From contig OX597822.1 of NCBI GenBank assembly GCA_951406725.2, positions 75,268,001-75,332,000 of the forward strand: a stretch of DNA of 64,000 nt, in the 5' to 3' direction. The notes below the pieces were generated by a model. The model did no database searches. It was not told the DNA's origin and worked only from the letters and a program-made list of their open reading frames with translations. Shown here in pieces: positions 16,262-29,050 of the stretch (positions are counted from its first letter, which is position 1; each line of letters begins with the position of its first letter). A program made the position numbers and the translations under genes. Origin of the DNA: Octopus vulgaris. Taxonomy: Eukaryota.

Positions 16262-16776
16262 GTGTGTCTGTTTGACTGTCTGTCTCTCTGCATATCTCCG
16301 TGATTTCATAATTAATGTAGTAATGCACCTTTTAATCCTCAGTGCAAGCATAATTCAAGATTTATAACGAATGAACAAAATCAACATACCAGACGAACAA
16401 CCATCGTATCCAACGTAGCATATAGAACTGCTCACCCTTTACACATGTATGTAAATGGCGGGCTTTTTCTAATTACATTTCGGTAACAACGTACTTATTC
16501 GGAATAAGAATTCAGTACTGAATATACTCTGGTTAAATTTACAATTTAAAAACAGGATAAAATCTTTATAAGAATTTATCAAGTAGTTAGCGTGAAAAAC
16601 CTCATAAGAGAAAAAAATCCATCAATTTTTTCATATATTTATTTATATTATATAGAGGGCATTACTATACATAGGATTAAAAAGTGCATTACTGCACTAA
16701 TTATGAGATCACGGTGATATGCAACAAAATTCTGTTTTTAAATGCCTTACTTCGAGAGTTGCATTCGATACGATGT

Positions 16777-16817
<41 letters not shown>

Positions 16818-16821
<4 letters not shown>

Positions 16822-17010
16822 CGTAATCACCGTGACCGACCAGGCTATCAGATGTTGCACACATCGCTGTTCATAATGCGCTTCGCATTGTTTTTTTAGC
16901 CTTCAAATGACGTCACCCCGCTGGCTAAGCGAGCAGGCCAACAGAAGAAAGAGTGAGAGAAAGTTGTGACGAAAGAATACAGCAGTGATCGCCACCATCC
17001 CCCTGCCGGA
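16818..17010 (-). mobile_element. SINE family C body with tail type 3, 5'-truncated
   Basis: gaaagagtgagagaaagttgt...cagcagtgatcgccacc shared with family C; distinct tail. Confidence 0.7.
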
Positions 17011-18429
17011 AATGAATTCTAATTACTTAATCTAGAAAACTAAACCATTCAACACCAACAGAATACTGACCAACAAATATTGAATTCATGCAACGCAAAG
17101 AAAATTATGGACAAAAGAAAATACAAGGAAAATTTAAAAAAATCTTAAAGATGGACTATGAATATAATACATCTACGTAACACAACTACTTAAACATTGA
17201 ACCTAAAACTAAAAGACAGACAAACCTGAAGCTGACCTAGAGAAGAGACGGCATGTCATTGAAGAGATCACGAATGGTAACGAAAGGACTTTAATAATCA
17301 CAAACGACTGATTGATTAACTGAATGATTAATCAAATAATTGATTAGTCAGCTGCTTAAATAGGTGACTAATTGATGACTAATAAAGAAGTGAAATTGAA
17401 CCAGTGCGTGTGCTGTGTTTACCGTTGGCGTAATGAGCCTTCCGAGATACAATAATCTAAAATTAAAGGAATAGAATTGCTAGATTTTTCTATGGTCCAA
17501 CGAAATTATTCCGCCTGCCAAAGATAAAACTTAAAGGTGATATAGAAGCAACAATAATATAATCCTGTACTTGTCATTGTAAGCTTAATGAAATTAGTTT
17601 CAAACATCAAAGTTACGAGGATAAAGGAATAATGTATGTAGCAACGAGAGTAGTAACAAAGGTAAGTGGACAATCTGTCAGATTTACTTCTGTTGGAATA
17701 TCAAAACCCAATCAAGCAACATAAAACAGAAAAAAAACATACAAATAAAATATATATAAAAATAAAACAAAAATATCTTTCAATACTTAATCAAATCAAT
17801 ACTAAAAAGACAGAAATGAAAGCAAAGGAGAGGCAAATATTAGAGAAATATTACATAAGAGAAAAAAGTACTCGAAAGTAACGACTATCTGAAAGAGGAC
17901 ACCATCACTAAATTGGAAGGAATCCATCGATAGGAAAATCAACAACAATTATTTGAACCAAACAAACAGTTCGGCTACAAACCGCAAACGATTCAATCAA
18001 GAACGAGATAAAAACCAAAATAGAAATCAATGTTGAATGAACAGAAAGAGAAAGAGAATAAATGTAGGGCGGTGTATGGACAACAAAGTAATTACTTGGA
18101 TGAGGTTTTTTTTTTAAAACAACAAACACGTTGTCGAACAATTGGGAGAGGCCTTTGAACAGAAGATGTAGTCGAAACACAAGAGAAAACAAATAGCAGG
18201 AATGTTTCAGGAAATGGAAAAAAAAAAAAACCGAAGTTAACGGTTGGAATATTTAACAAGCATACAAGAAGTACTACTAGAAATATCAGAGAAAAAATAT
18301 CCCCCCGAAATACCCCCAAACGGTTGAAATATTTATCAAGCATACACGAAGTACAACTAGAAATATTAGAAAAAAATACCTCCAAAATACTGGTTATAGA
18401 GCAAGACTCACGTGTTCATGGCTGACTTT

Positions 18430-19090
18430 TTATCTCCAGGCAATAAGCCTCTCTTTTTCCTTAATGACGTGTCCACTTTGGAGAATTCTTGATTCAGGTG
18501 AATATCCCTTTCTCAAGTGGAGTTGGTTTTAATTGTTATTTGGTGATTGTAATACACACTCTAGAAGCGGAGATAGTTTTAATAAATCAGAAATTTATGT
18601 TGCATGGTATTTGATACACCTGTATTGGCCCATTTTTGTTCAGATACATGCCATTAGCTACTTTGAGTGATTTCTCTTGGCTTACTTTCGTTTAAATTAT
18701 GCAAATGACTTAGACTATAAACGCGTTCTACGTTTTTTTATATATATGTTTAAGTCCCTTGACTCCTGGAGAGAAGGTCGGACAATTGTCATTCTGATGA
18801 TGGCCATTGAACCAGAAACATGTGTCCACGACTGTCCTCTTATCTTCAGACAAAAAGTCAATCTTTTTCGTTCAAGGCATGTCAGTTTGAGAGATTCCTC
18901 CATTCTTGAGATTAAGTCTCCTTCTCAACAGGAGCTGGTTGTAATTGCCATTTGGTAATACAATATATTTTCTAGAAGCGGGGATAATTTTGATACATCA
19001 GGTGCTCCAGCATGGCCGCAGTCAAATGACTGAAACAAATAAAAGAATAATTTACGATGTGTGGTATTTGATATATTTGTATCTCTATGC
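18430..19090 (+). mobile_element. Retrozyme/Penelope-like tandem repeat, ~411-bp period, with HHR
   Basis: tctagaagcgg block at 18560 and 18971; HHR core at 18779-18837; SINE B tail inserted at 19001-19048. Confidence 0.65.
18779..18837 (+). ncRNA. Type I hammerhead ribozyme, proximal helix I degenerate
   Basis: ggacaattgtcatt-CTGATGA-tgg/cca-GAAAC-atgt-GTC-cacgactgtcc. Confidence 0.6.
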
Positions 19091-19165
19091 TCTAGAAACA
19101 CCTGACTGGCTAACTTGTGGATGGCAAAATACGATAGAGTTTAAAAATTATCAACATCTAACCTG

Positions 19166-19387
19166 ATACATTATTTACATTTGACGGATATTCGTCCTCA
19201 TCTTGTTTGTTGTTAACACATTTCAGCTGATATACCCTCCAGCCTTCATCAGGCGTCTTGGGGAAATTTTGAAACTGACTTTTCATTCCTAAAGTATTTT
19301 TCGATCATATGCCACGGGCATATGGCGTAGTGGTTAAGAGCACGGGCTACTAACCCCAAGATTCCGAGTTCAATTCCAGGCAGTGTT

Positions 19388-19433
<46 letters not shown>

Positions 19434-19700
19434 GTAATTTTAATAATAATAATAACAATAATAATAATGATAACAGCAACAACAACAATAATGATAATAA
19501 TAATAACAACAACATCGAAAAATAACTTAGGAATGATTACCCAGGTTCAAAATTTCCCCAAGACACCTGATGAAGGCTGGAGGGTATATCAGCCGAAACG
19601 TTGTGTTAACAACAAACAAGATGAGGAAAAATATCCGTCAATTGTAAATAATGTAAATAATGTACATAATTCCTCATCTCTTAAATATAGAACTGTATTC
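19166..19700 (+). mobile_element. Composite element: inverted Penelope-type terminal repeat + tRNA-like head + (AAT)n + HHR-bearing terminal repeat, with 9-bp TSD
   Basis: 19167-19305 is the reverse complement of ~19514-19655; A box 19323-19333, B box 19366-19377; tctaacctg at 19157-19165 and 19701-19709. Confidence 0.75.
19562..19607 (+). ncRNA. Minimal type I hammerhead ribozyme (Penelope-type)
   Basis: gacac-CTGATGA-a-ggctg/cagcc-GAAAC-GTT-gtgtt; palindromic aacgtt helix III of the dimer type. Confidence 0.75.
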
Positions 19701-20787
19701 TCTAACCTGCTTTCCTACAGCTTATGATTGTAAAATGTAGTAATACCTCAGAGTATGAATTAATGTAAAAAAGTTAGAATTAATTTCCAGAAGAACAGAA
19801 GGGATTTCGCAAAGATCCACATGGCTGCAAAAATCATTTAATGATCAACAAAACTTTAACCAAAGATTCTAAAAGACAGAAGGAGGGTTTTAAGCATGGC
19901 ATAAATTGACAATGATTCTCAAATTTATTAGTCTCGAGCAATGTAGCATCCACAGTTTGTTGATACATTGACCAATATTTTTAACTAAATTTAGCATGTG
20001 AGAGCAAGCTATCACTTTTCTTTGCATATGGGCGACATCAGGTTATATGGATATTGACCACGGTCGAAAATTCTTACATTCTTCACAGTCTCTCGAGAGA
20101 TGTGTGGGTGTACTGTCGTCGTTTACTTTTTAGTTGCTAATTTGAAAAGGGGATGCAACTCTTCCAGTCAACCTGTAGTTCTTCGCATACTAGAGCTTGC
20201 GAGCCTTTCCATTGTCAAAACGGATGATCATCTGCATAGCCACAGTGTCCTTCTGTCAATACACTAGCTTGTCGTTGGCTGCCATGTCAAAGTATTGTAT
20301 ACCTGCAGGAAATATAACGGTTTATGAAGGTTGACTCATTTTCGTCAAATGCCTGACGGTGGTAACCGAACGGATACTTTGCCCTGACAAAGGAAAACCT
20401 TTAACTATGCAGGGTACAGTCGTCACTTCGTAAGGTATTCAGAAAACACCTGCATACTAAGTTATATGATAATGAAAATAACTAGTAACACTACTTCGGA
20501 TAGTGCACAGATTTATTGGAGTAATCCATAGCAGATCTGAATTAGAAAATTGCATGAAGGCGATCGCGAAAAGAGGAAAATTAAAAGCAGTAATGTTATA
20601 ATAAATAATGAAATTACAGGGAAGACAGTGAATTATAGGAAACACAGATTTATAAATACACTGTTTTTGTAAGGGGGAAAACAGGATAGATAATGATTAT
20701 ACCACTCCATATTTGACGAAGAAGGATTATATTTACAACAAGTGCAGAAAAGCAGGAACTTCCGATAACTAGTAATATATTTTTCGA

Positions 20788-20844
<57 letters not shown>

Positions 20845-20896
20845 CACCATTCTTCTTCTTCTTCTTCTTCTTCTTCTTCTTCTTCTTCTTCTTCTT

Positions 20897-20927
<31 letters not shown>

Positions 20928-20939
20928 TTATTCTTCTTC

Positions 20940-20973
<34 letters not shown>

Positions 20974-21076
20974 CATTATTATTATTATTACTATTAGTAG
21001 TAATAGTAATATATTATTAAATATCAGTTGCAGACTCTGTTGTATAACATATATATCACGTAACATAGCAATGGAA

Positions 21077-21218
21077 AACTAATACAAATCTGCACGTATA
21101 CATACATACAAAAATATCTTGTTGATGTTGAAATTCTAATGAAGTAGCCTTGAATCTAGATTAGATGCCGACTCTTTCTCTGTTGGCAAGAAATCTTGAA
21201 ATAAAACTGAACAATAAC
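21077..21218 (+). mobile_element. 3' UTR of the (CATA)n-associated REL element
   Basis: Ends gaaataaaactgaacaataac followed by (CATA)n. Confidence 0.75.
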
Positions 21219-21302
21219 ATACACACATACATACATACATACATACATACATACATACATACATACATACATACATACATACATACATACATACATACAT
21301 AC

Positions 21303-21905
21303 ATTTTATTTTTTATTTTAAGATTTCTTACCAAATAGAAAAAGAGCCGGTTTCTAACCTCGATCCAAAGCTCCTTCGTGGGAAGTTCAACATCAACAAC
21401 AGGGTATGCATATATGTATGTACGTATGTATGTATGTATGTATGTATGTATGTATGTATGTATGTATGTATGTATGTATGTATGTATGTATGTATGTATG
21501 TACGTACGTACGTATGTATGTATGTATGTATGTATGTATGTATGTATGTATGTATGTATGTATGTATGTATGTATGTATGTATGTATGTATATGTGCAGA
21601 TTTGTATGTTTTACATAATGTATGTATTCTCGTGCATATACTTGCATTTCTAGACATGCTCATATATATTTAAATGATAAACTTCTGGAAAGTTTCACAG
21701 ATTTTTACAGCTCCAGTGATGTATTGGATCTCTAATCTTCGAATTAACTTTCTCCTTTCTGATTTTGAGAAGCCTAATTTCTCAAGATTGGTATTTAGGC
21801 AGTGTGTTACATATCCCAGGGCCCAAATAATTACAAGTGTAAACCTGAACTTGTAATCTGGATAGAGTAACTGCAGATTTCTCAATAGTTCAGCATAGGT
21901 GTCCT
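21303..21905 (-). mobile_element. 3' end (ORF C-terminus + UTR) of the REL-type non-LTR element
   Basis: DTYAELLRNLQLLYPDYKFRFTLVIIWALGYV...GAVKICETF* resembles the KY..L...P.VIGALG REL C-terminus; paralogue at 44620-44825. Confidence 0.75.
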
Positions 21906-21907
21906 CA

Positions 21908-22293
<386 letters not shown>

Positions 22294-23334
22294 ATCGTAA
22301 ATTGTAACTTACAAAAATAAACGGCGCCGATATCATTTCTCTGAGATTTATGAAAAACAATCAATTTTCACTTTGAATCATTGATGTAAAATGTTTGTAA
22401 TGGTGGACGTTTGTTTTTCTCCCGTGCAATTTCAATCATCATCATCATCATCATCATTTGTTGTAAAAGACTGAATGTCTGTGGAGTTTAAAATATTATT
22501 TCATTGAGTCATTCATGTTTAACGATCATTTTCTTAAAAAAAAACAACAAAATTAGAAAAAAAATTACAAAAAATATTTTTTAATTGCTATGCGTTATTT
22601 TATGTTAATAGAAATAATAGAATAAGCGAGGGAAGTTTTCAGAAGTCTGTGGAAGCTTTTACGGTTCTGTTTATGAAAGTAGTATTTATTTTGTTAATAC
22701 ATATTTTGTTTTCAGCGCTGAATCATTCTAATTAAAATTTTCGTATGCAGGCGAAATAATGCGACAAAGGCCAAGCCAACGAAAGATTTTATTAACGAAA
22801 ATAAATAGAAAGCAACGCTAGAATATAATGGCTAAATAATAAAATACGAGCATGATAATTAATATAAAGAAGTATAAGTCAATAGGTCACTGCAAGGATG
22901 GTATAGGAAACTATCAGCAATTAAACAATATAATTTTCTTTATAGAAACTACGTGAGACGACTACTAATTTTACAAGTCTAATTATTTCGCCTACAAACA
23001 AACCATCTTCAAACTGTAAAACCCCGGCTTCGTCGTTATAAAAATAACTGAAAGAGCACCGTAAGAACTTAGATTCAGAGAGCTGAAAAATTAATCTGTG
23101 TTTTATAGCTGGCAGACGACAAAATGTGATTCTATTCAAAGTATAAATGTTTCTTTAGCCTACAGAAACCCGGTATTTTAAGAACCTCTAAATACAACGC
23201 AAATTAACATGTTGTCAGATAAATTCGCTCGTTTCTTTCTAATTTTATTTGAATTAACACGAAAAATGTTTTTATTGTTATGTTTTATGGTTGTTTTTGT
23301 GACTATTATTTTTCTGCAACTGTTTTATCTTTCA

Positions 23335-23498
23335 TCTTTTATCTTTCCCGAGTTTCAGTTATTAGACTGCGGCCATGCTGGTGCACCGCTACGAAGAATC
23401 TTTAGACGAAGGAATCGAGCCCAGTGGCTATCATTTTTTTTTTGTAAAACCTGTTACTTATTCGACCGATCTCTTTGCCAAACCACTAAGTTACGGGG
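23335..23498 (-). mobile_element. SINE family B, 3' half
   Basis: gactgcggccatgctgg...taagttacgggga. Confidence 0.75.
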
Positions 23499-23499
23499 A

Positions 23500-23645
23500 G
23501 AGGGGCTATTACTGAAAGAACTGCAAAGAAATGGTTTTCGCGCTTCAAGGAGAGGAAACTCGACCGTACACACTCTCCACGCTCCGACCGACCTGTTCAA
23601 TTCGATGAGAATCGATTGAACGAGCTCATCCACGATAAGCGACCG
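23500..23645 (+). pseudogene. Mariner transposase N-terminal (HTH) fragment
   Basis: GAITERTAKKWFSRFKERKLDRTHSPRSDRPVQFDENRLNELIHD matches the mariner WFxRF...PRSGRP motif. Confidence 0.75.
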
Positions 23646-23689
23646 AGATCCCACCGTCCCCCTTGAAAGGGACATCATGCAGTCGCAAA

Positions 23690-24120
23690 GGTATCCATTA
23701 ACAGCTGAGTGGAGTCGAGCAACGTGAAACGAAGTATCGTTTTAAAAAAAAACCCACAACACACCGTTGGGTCTGGAAATCAAAACCATAATCTTTTCTA
23801 CTCTAGGCGCAAGGCCCGTAATTTTTTTGGGGAGAGCACCAGTTGATTACATCGACCCCAGTACGCAACTGGTGCTTAATTTATCGACCCTGAAAGGATG
23901 AAAGGCAAAGTCGACCTCCATGAAATTTGTACGCAGAACGTAACGGCAGACGAAATACCTATTTCTTTACTCCCCACAAGGGGCTACAGACGCCAGTCGG
24001 TAGCAGGACAGGAATGAGGTGAAATGAAATATTTTATCCAGAGTACAACGTTCCATTCGGCCCGGGAATCGAAACCATGATCTTGCGACCATTAGGTCCA
24101 CAAGGCCACGTGCGGCCACC
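23690..24120 (-). mobile_element. Cluster of SINE pieces (family A at 23792-23987 between degraded C/D-type heads)
   Basis: Family A reverse match; gggaatcgaaacc B-box remnant. Confidence 0.7.
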
Positions 24121-24471
24121 AGCTATATAAATATTTGGATCAATAAACTTAATCATCAACGTTTAACATACAGCGAGCATGATAAGGTTCTTCTATTCTT
24201 TTCATTACACCGTGCCTTTGGGAGCAGATCAAACAAACTTTATTTTCACTGCAAAAGGAATTGTAATATGTGATCTCACCAATTAGATTAAGGTTGGCGA
24301 TTCATTAGCCTAGAAATAAATGCATTACAAAATTCTGTTTTGAAAAGTGTCTGATGGAAGAGAGTTTTCTAACTCGGTTGATATCAATTTGTATAGCTGT
24401 GTGAGTGTCTGTGTCTAAATGAAGTTTGAGTGGCATAGTGGTTGGTGTGATGCAGATGACGGTTTCAATTA

Positions 24472-24970
24472 AATCGGTGAGCTGGCAGAAACGTTAGCAC
24501 GCCGGGCGAAATGCTTAGTGGTATTTCGTCTGCCGCTACGTTCTGAGTTCAAATTCCGCCGAGATCGAGTGTGCCTTTCATCCTTTCCGGGTCGATTAAA
24601 TAAGTACCAGTTACGCACTGGGGTCGATATAATCGACATAATCCATTTGTCTTTCCTTGTTTGTCCTCTCTGTGTTTAGACCCTTGTGGGTAGTAAAGAA
24701 ATAGAAATAGGTATTTCGTCTGCCGCTACGTTCTGAGTTCAAATTCCGCCAAGGTCGACTGTGCCTATCATCCTTTCCGGGTCGATTAAATAAGTACCAG
24801 TTACGCACTGGGGTCGATATAATCGACATAATCCATTTGTCTTTCCTTGTCTGTTCTTGTTTGTCCTCTCTGTGTTTAGTCCCTTGTCGGTAGTAAAGAA
24901 ATAAGTATTTCGTCATTCCTTGTTGGTCCCTATATGTTTAGCCCCTTGTGGGCAATAAAGAAATAAGAAA
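24472..24970 (+). mobile_element. SINE family A dimer plus an extra tail
   Basis: Two near-identical bodies and a third tail ending gtgggcaataaagaaataagaaa. Confidence 0.9.
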
Positions 24971-25179
24971 ACCTTATAGTCTCAAATATTTTCCTTAGCA
25001 TAAAAAAATCTAATTCACTTCCTATGATAATGTCACTAGTCACGAGTAAATGTTATCGGCTGAACGTTAAGTTGGTTAAAAGAGTACAGGGCATTTCGTA
25101 TTCCATCCCAATTATTTTGTCTCTCTCACACATACACGCACAGATACAGATGTGTTCCGTAGAACTATGTATGTATTTA

Positions 25180-25203
25180 TACATACATACATACATACAT
25201 ACA

Positions 25204-25235
<32 letters not shown>

Positions 25236-25262
25236 CATACATGCATACATATATATATATAA

Positions 25263-25307
<45 letters not shown>

Positions 25308-25353
25308 TATATATAAATATATATATAAACACATAGGTTTATATTTAGATGTA

Positions 25354-25417
<64 letters not shown>

Positions 25418-26143
25418 ATATGTATGTATATGTATATATATATATGTACGTATGTATATATTCATGTATGTATGTGTGTATATATATTGTATATGTGTGT
25501 ATATATGTGTGAATGTATGTGTGAGTGTGTGTGTATTGTTGTTGTAGAAAGTATATATTTCTTCGGCGTTCGCTTTTCTTTCATGTTGGAACAGTTGATA
25601 TCTCAAAGAAAACCAATCAATGTAAGCTAGCTTGAGCCAACTCGACCTCTATCATCCTTCTAGACATTCAACTGCACAAACAGACGGATTGCATTACGAT
25701 ATATGATATTTTATAACTTGAAAATATTTCTAGAATTACATCGTAGAATTAAAACAAAAAACAAAAAAAAGAACTCCCTTTATTTCATTCTGTTTATAAC
25801 ATCATTCCTGACTTCAGTTCATCTTTCCCTGCTTCTTCTCTACCCCACCGCCTCTTAATCATCATTGTCATCTCCTCTACACAATCATCACCATCAATCT
25901 CCTCCACCTCCTCCCCATCCTCTCCGTCCTCCTCCACCACCTCCTCTTCGATCCTTTCCTCTTCCTTCTTCTCACTTTTTCATTTCGTTATCATCTTTTC
26001 CTCTTACTCTTCCTTCTATTTTTCTCTAGCCCCTTTCCCCTCCATTTCATCGTGTCCCTCTTCCTTCTCTCCTCCTCCCCTCCTCCCCCTTCCTTCATAT
26101 TCTCTTCCAGCTCCGTTTTCTCTTCCATTTTCTTTGTTACTGC

Positions 26144-26174
<31 letters not shown>

Positions 26175-27030
26175 CTTCTTCATCTTCTTCTTCTTCTTCA
26201 TCTTCTTCTTCTTCTTCTTCTTCTTCTTCTTCTTCTTCTTCTTTTTCTTTCTCCTCCTCCCCCTCCTCCCTCTCTTCTTCTTCTTCTTCTTCTTCTTCTA
26301 TTTCCTCCTCCTCTTCTTCTTCTTCTTCTTTCTCCTCCTCCTCCTCCTCCTCCTCTTCTTCTTCTTTCTCCTCCTCCTCCTCTTCTTCTTCTTCTTCTTC
26401 TTCTTCTTCTTCTTCTTCTTCTTCTTTCTCCTCCTCCTCCTCATCTTCTTTTTCTTCTTCTTCTTCTTCTTCTTCCCCCTCCTCCTCTTCTTCTCCTTCT
26501 TTCTCCCCCTCCTCCTCTTCCTCCCCTCCTCCTCCTCCTCTTCTTCTTCTTCTTCTTCTTCTTCTTCTTCTTCTCTTTCTTTTTCATTTTCTTCTTTCTT
26601 CTTTCCTTCGAAATTTCATAGTTTTTTAATATTTATAAAGCGATTCACTTACTAAGCTGACAAAAAAAAAAGATGAAAGAAAAACGAAAAGTAAATTGTC
26701 TTTCGTTCAAAAATTTTAAATTAGCAAAAAAAAAAAAAAATTAAATAAATACAAGAATAATAACAATCATCATTACCATCTCCTCCACCATTACCATCAT
26801 CTTCATCATAATTATCATACTCCATCTCCTCCTACTTATCATCTCGACGACGACCACCACGACCACCAACACCACCACCTTCCTCCTCCTCATCTTCATT
26901 ATCACCGTCATCATCATCATTATCATCACCATTATCATCATCCACATCATCATCGTCATCGTCATCATCATCATCATCATCATTATTGTCGTCGTGGCCG
27001 TCGTCGTCATCGTTATCATTATTATTATTA
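25180..27030. repeat. (CATA)n/(TA)n, (CTT)n/(CCT)n and (CAT)n low-complexity fields
   Basis: Directly visible. Confidence 0.9.
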
Positions 27031-27779
27031 TTTTAATGAAAGTAAGAAAGAAAAGACGAGAAAATTTATTCATGTTTTTTTTTGTTGTTGTTTTTGCCTT
27101 GTTTTGTTTTGTCTTATTTTTGTTGTTGTCCATTTTACTATCTTGTTTCTGAGGCTCTAACCTCCATCTTTGAATAAGTTCACTTAAGATAATAACGTCG
27201 TTTTCTCTGAGGAGTTATTCAATAGAAGAAAAATTCAGTGTAAGAAAAACAAATATTAAAAAGAATAAAAAAAGGGGGAAAAAATAAAATAGAAAACAAT
27301 ATACAATGAAACTGATAAACCTTGATCATATGATATCGTTTAACCCCCGGTTGGCATTTTGACCCTTTAAAAAATAATTTTGCATTTTTATACTTTTGTT
27401 TCGAAAGGGGCTTTGAAGGTGGCGTCGATTGTATCATTTAACTTCAAAGTGATCCGAAGTGTTTTTCTGAAGGCAAAAGACGAAATCGCATTATGTTCTG
27501 AATAACTAGTGAGATACACGCATATACACATACAAGCACACACTGGTTTCACTTTACACACCACGACACGTGCTCGTACGCACGCATATGCATAAAGGCA
27601 CGCAAACACACACACACACACATATATATATACACACAAATGTATCTACAGGTATAACACTATATTGCTAATCATGCATACACATGTGTATCTCTATATA
27701 TATACTCATATTTCTTATGTATGTTTATTGGTTTGTAGGAATGTATATGTGTGTGTGCGTGTGTACAATACATTTATGT

Positions 27780-27830
<51 letters not shown>

Positions 27831-27831
<1 letters not shown>

Positions 27832-28048
27832 TCTTTTACTTGTTTCAGTCATATGACTGCAGTCTTGCTGGAGCACCGCCATGAAAGCCATTTTTTTATT
27901 TGAACAAAGGACTTATTGTTGACACCAGGACTTGTTTCTCAGGCCTTGTACTTATCCAATCGGTCACTTTTTGCCGAACAGCTAAGTTATGGGGACGTAA
28001 ACACACCAACATCGGTGATAGGGGACAAATACACACACACACACACAA

Positions 28049-28113
<65 letters not shown>

Positions 28114-28195
28114 AACTCACACACACACATATATATACGACGGGCTTTCAGTTTCCGTCAATCAAATCCACTCACAAGACTTTGGTCGATAGCCA
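27831..28195 (-). mobile_element. SINE family B lacking its head
   Basis: Reverse match, interrupted at 28195 by the HHR repeat. Confidence 0.8.
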
Positions 28196-28196
28196 G

Positions 28197-28665
28197 CTAG
28201 AAAAAAGTTTTCCTGGGGTTTAAACAACAGTAATATCGTCCTTTATAGGACCGCCACATTCTGTTGGCAAATAAACTTTACTATTCGGTAGTTGTTACGG
28301 TATACCTCTCGCTGAGAGATTTAAAACAAGTTGTTTTTCTCTATACGAGATCAGCGACTGTCTGTCGCTTAAGGAATGTATAGTGCTCGCGAGTGGAGAA
28401 AGCTTTCATTAACATCCAGTGATAATCTCACACTGAGGACAGGCAACAACTCAGAAATCATAGTCTGTGAGCATCACGTAAGGCTGGAGATTGGAGTGAT
28501 GTCCTCCCTTGCAAACACTACACGGACACAGACTGTGTAATAGCCAACTGGAAAAGATGTTTTCCTGGGGCTTAAAAACAGTAACATCGTCCTTTATAGG
28601 GGCGCTACATTCTGTTTGCAAATAAACTTTACTTTTTGGTATTCTTACTGTATATCTATTGCTGA

Positions 28666-28667
<2 letters not shown>
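28197..28667 (+). mobile_element. Retrozyme-like tandem repeat, ~352-bp monomer (1.3 copies), with HHR
   Basis: gttttcctgggg at 28207 and 28559; HHR at 28419-28477. Confidence 0.75.
28419..28477 (+). ncRNA. Type I hammerhead ribozyme with extended helix I
   Basis: gtgat-aat-ctcaca-CTGAGGA-...-GAAAT-cata-GTC-tgtgag-c-atcac; helix II is weak. Confidence 0.7.
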
Positions 28668-28721
<54 letters not shown>

Positions 28722-29050
28722 TCTTTCGTTTTCTCTCTATTTGTTTTCATCGACCTGTTTTTGTCACCAATTTTGACCCTCCACAAAACCCCAATTTTAT
28801 CTAATTTGCACTGCGGGAGCAACTATTTTATCGAAGGCGTATCTTGTTATGAAATGCTCGAAATACGGATTAGAAAAACAGCCACCAGCTGATGAAGGGT
28901 CGTTCTTTGTGTTGTTTGTCTTGTTTCCATATCCTTGTCCTTCGTATTTTTTGTTGTTTACGTTTTGTGACGTCCTGTGCCCACATATGCATATGTGTAT
29001 AGGTATACATGTAAGTATGTACGTATGCATATATATATTAATCCTTCAGC

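Larger units (their letters stand above)
17030..20790 (+). mobile_element. Ancient Dong/R4-like LINE broken by later insertions
   Basis: RKLWTKEN (~17100); ETPDWLTCG..KNYQHLT|CFPTAY (19093-19727, split by an insertion); FPEEQKGFRKDPHGCKNHLMINK (19784-19852); LLRIVHRF..ELENCMKAIAKRGK (20472-20580), collinear with the RT of the 32682 ORF. Confidence 0.65.

Noticed and set aside
16710-16780. HHR-like layout (cac..tgcaac/gttgca..gatacgatgtg)
   Set aside because: Both core boxes are too mutated to support a call.
19316-19390. tRNA gene
   Set aside because: Acceptor and T stems pair poorly; treated as a SINE-type head. The same applies to the other SINE heads.
28801-28900. HHR-like ctgcggg-agca/tgctc-gaaatac and downstream ctgatgaagg
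   Set aside because: The first core has two invariant positions changed; the second has no matching GAAA or helices.
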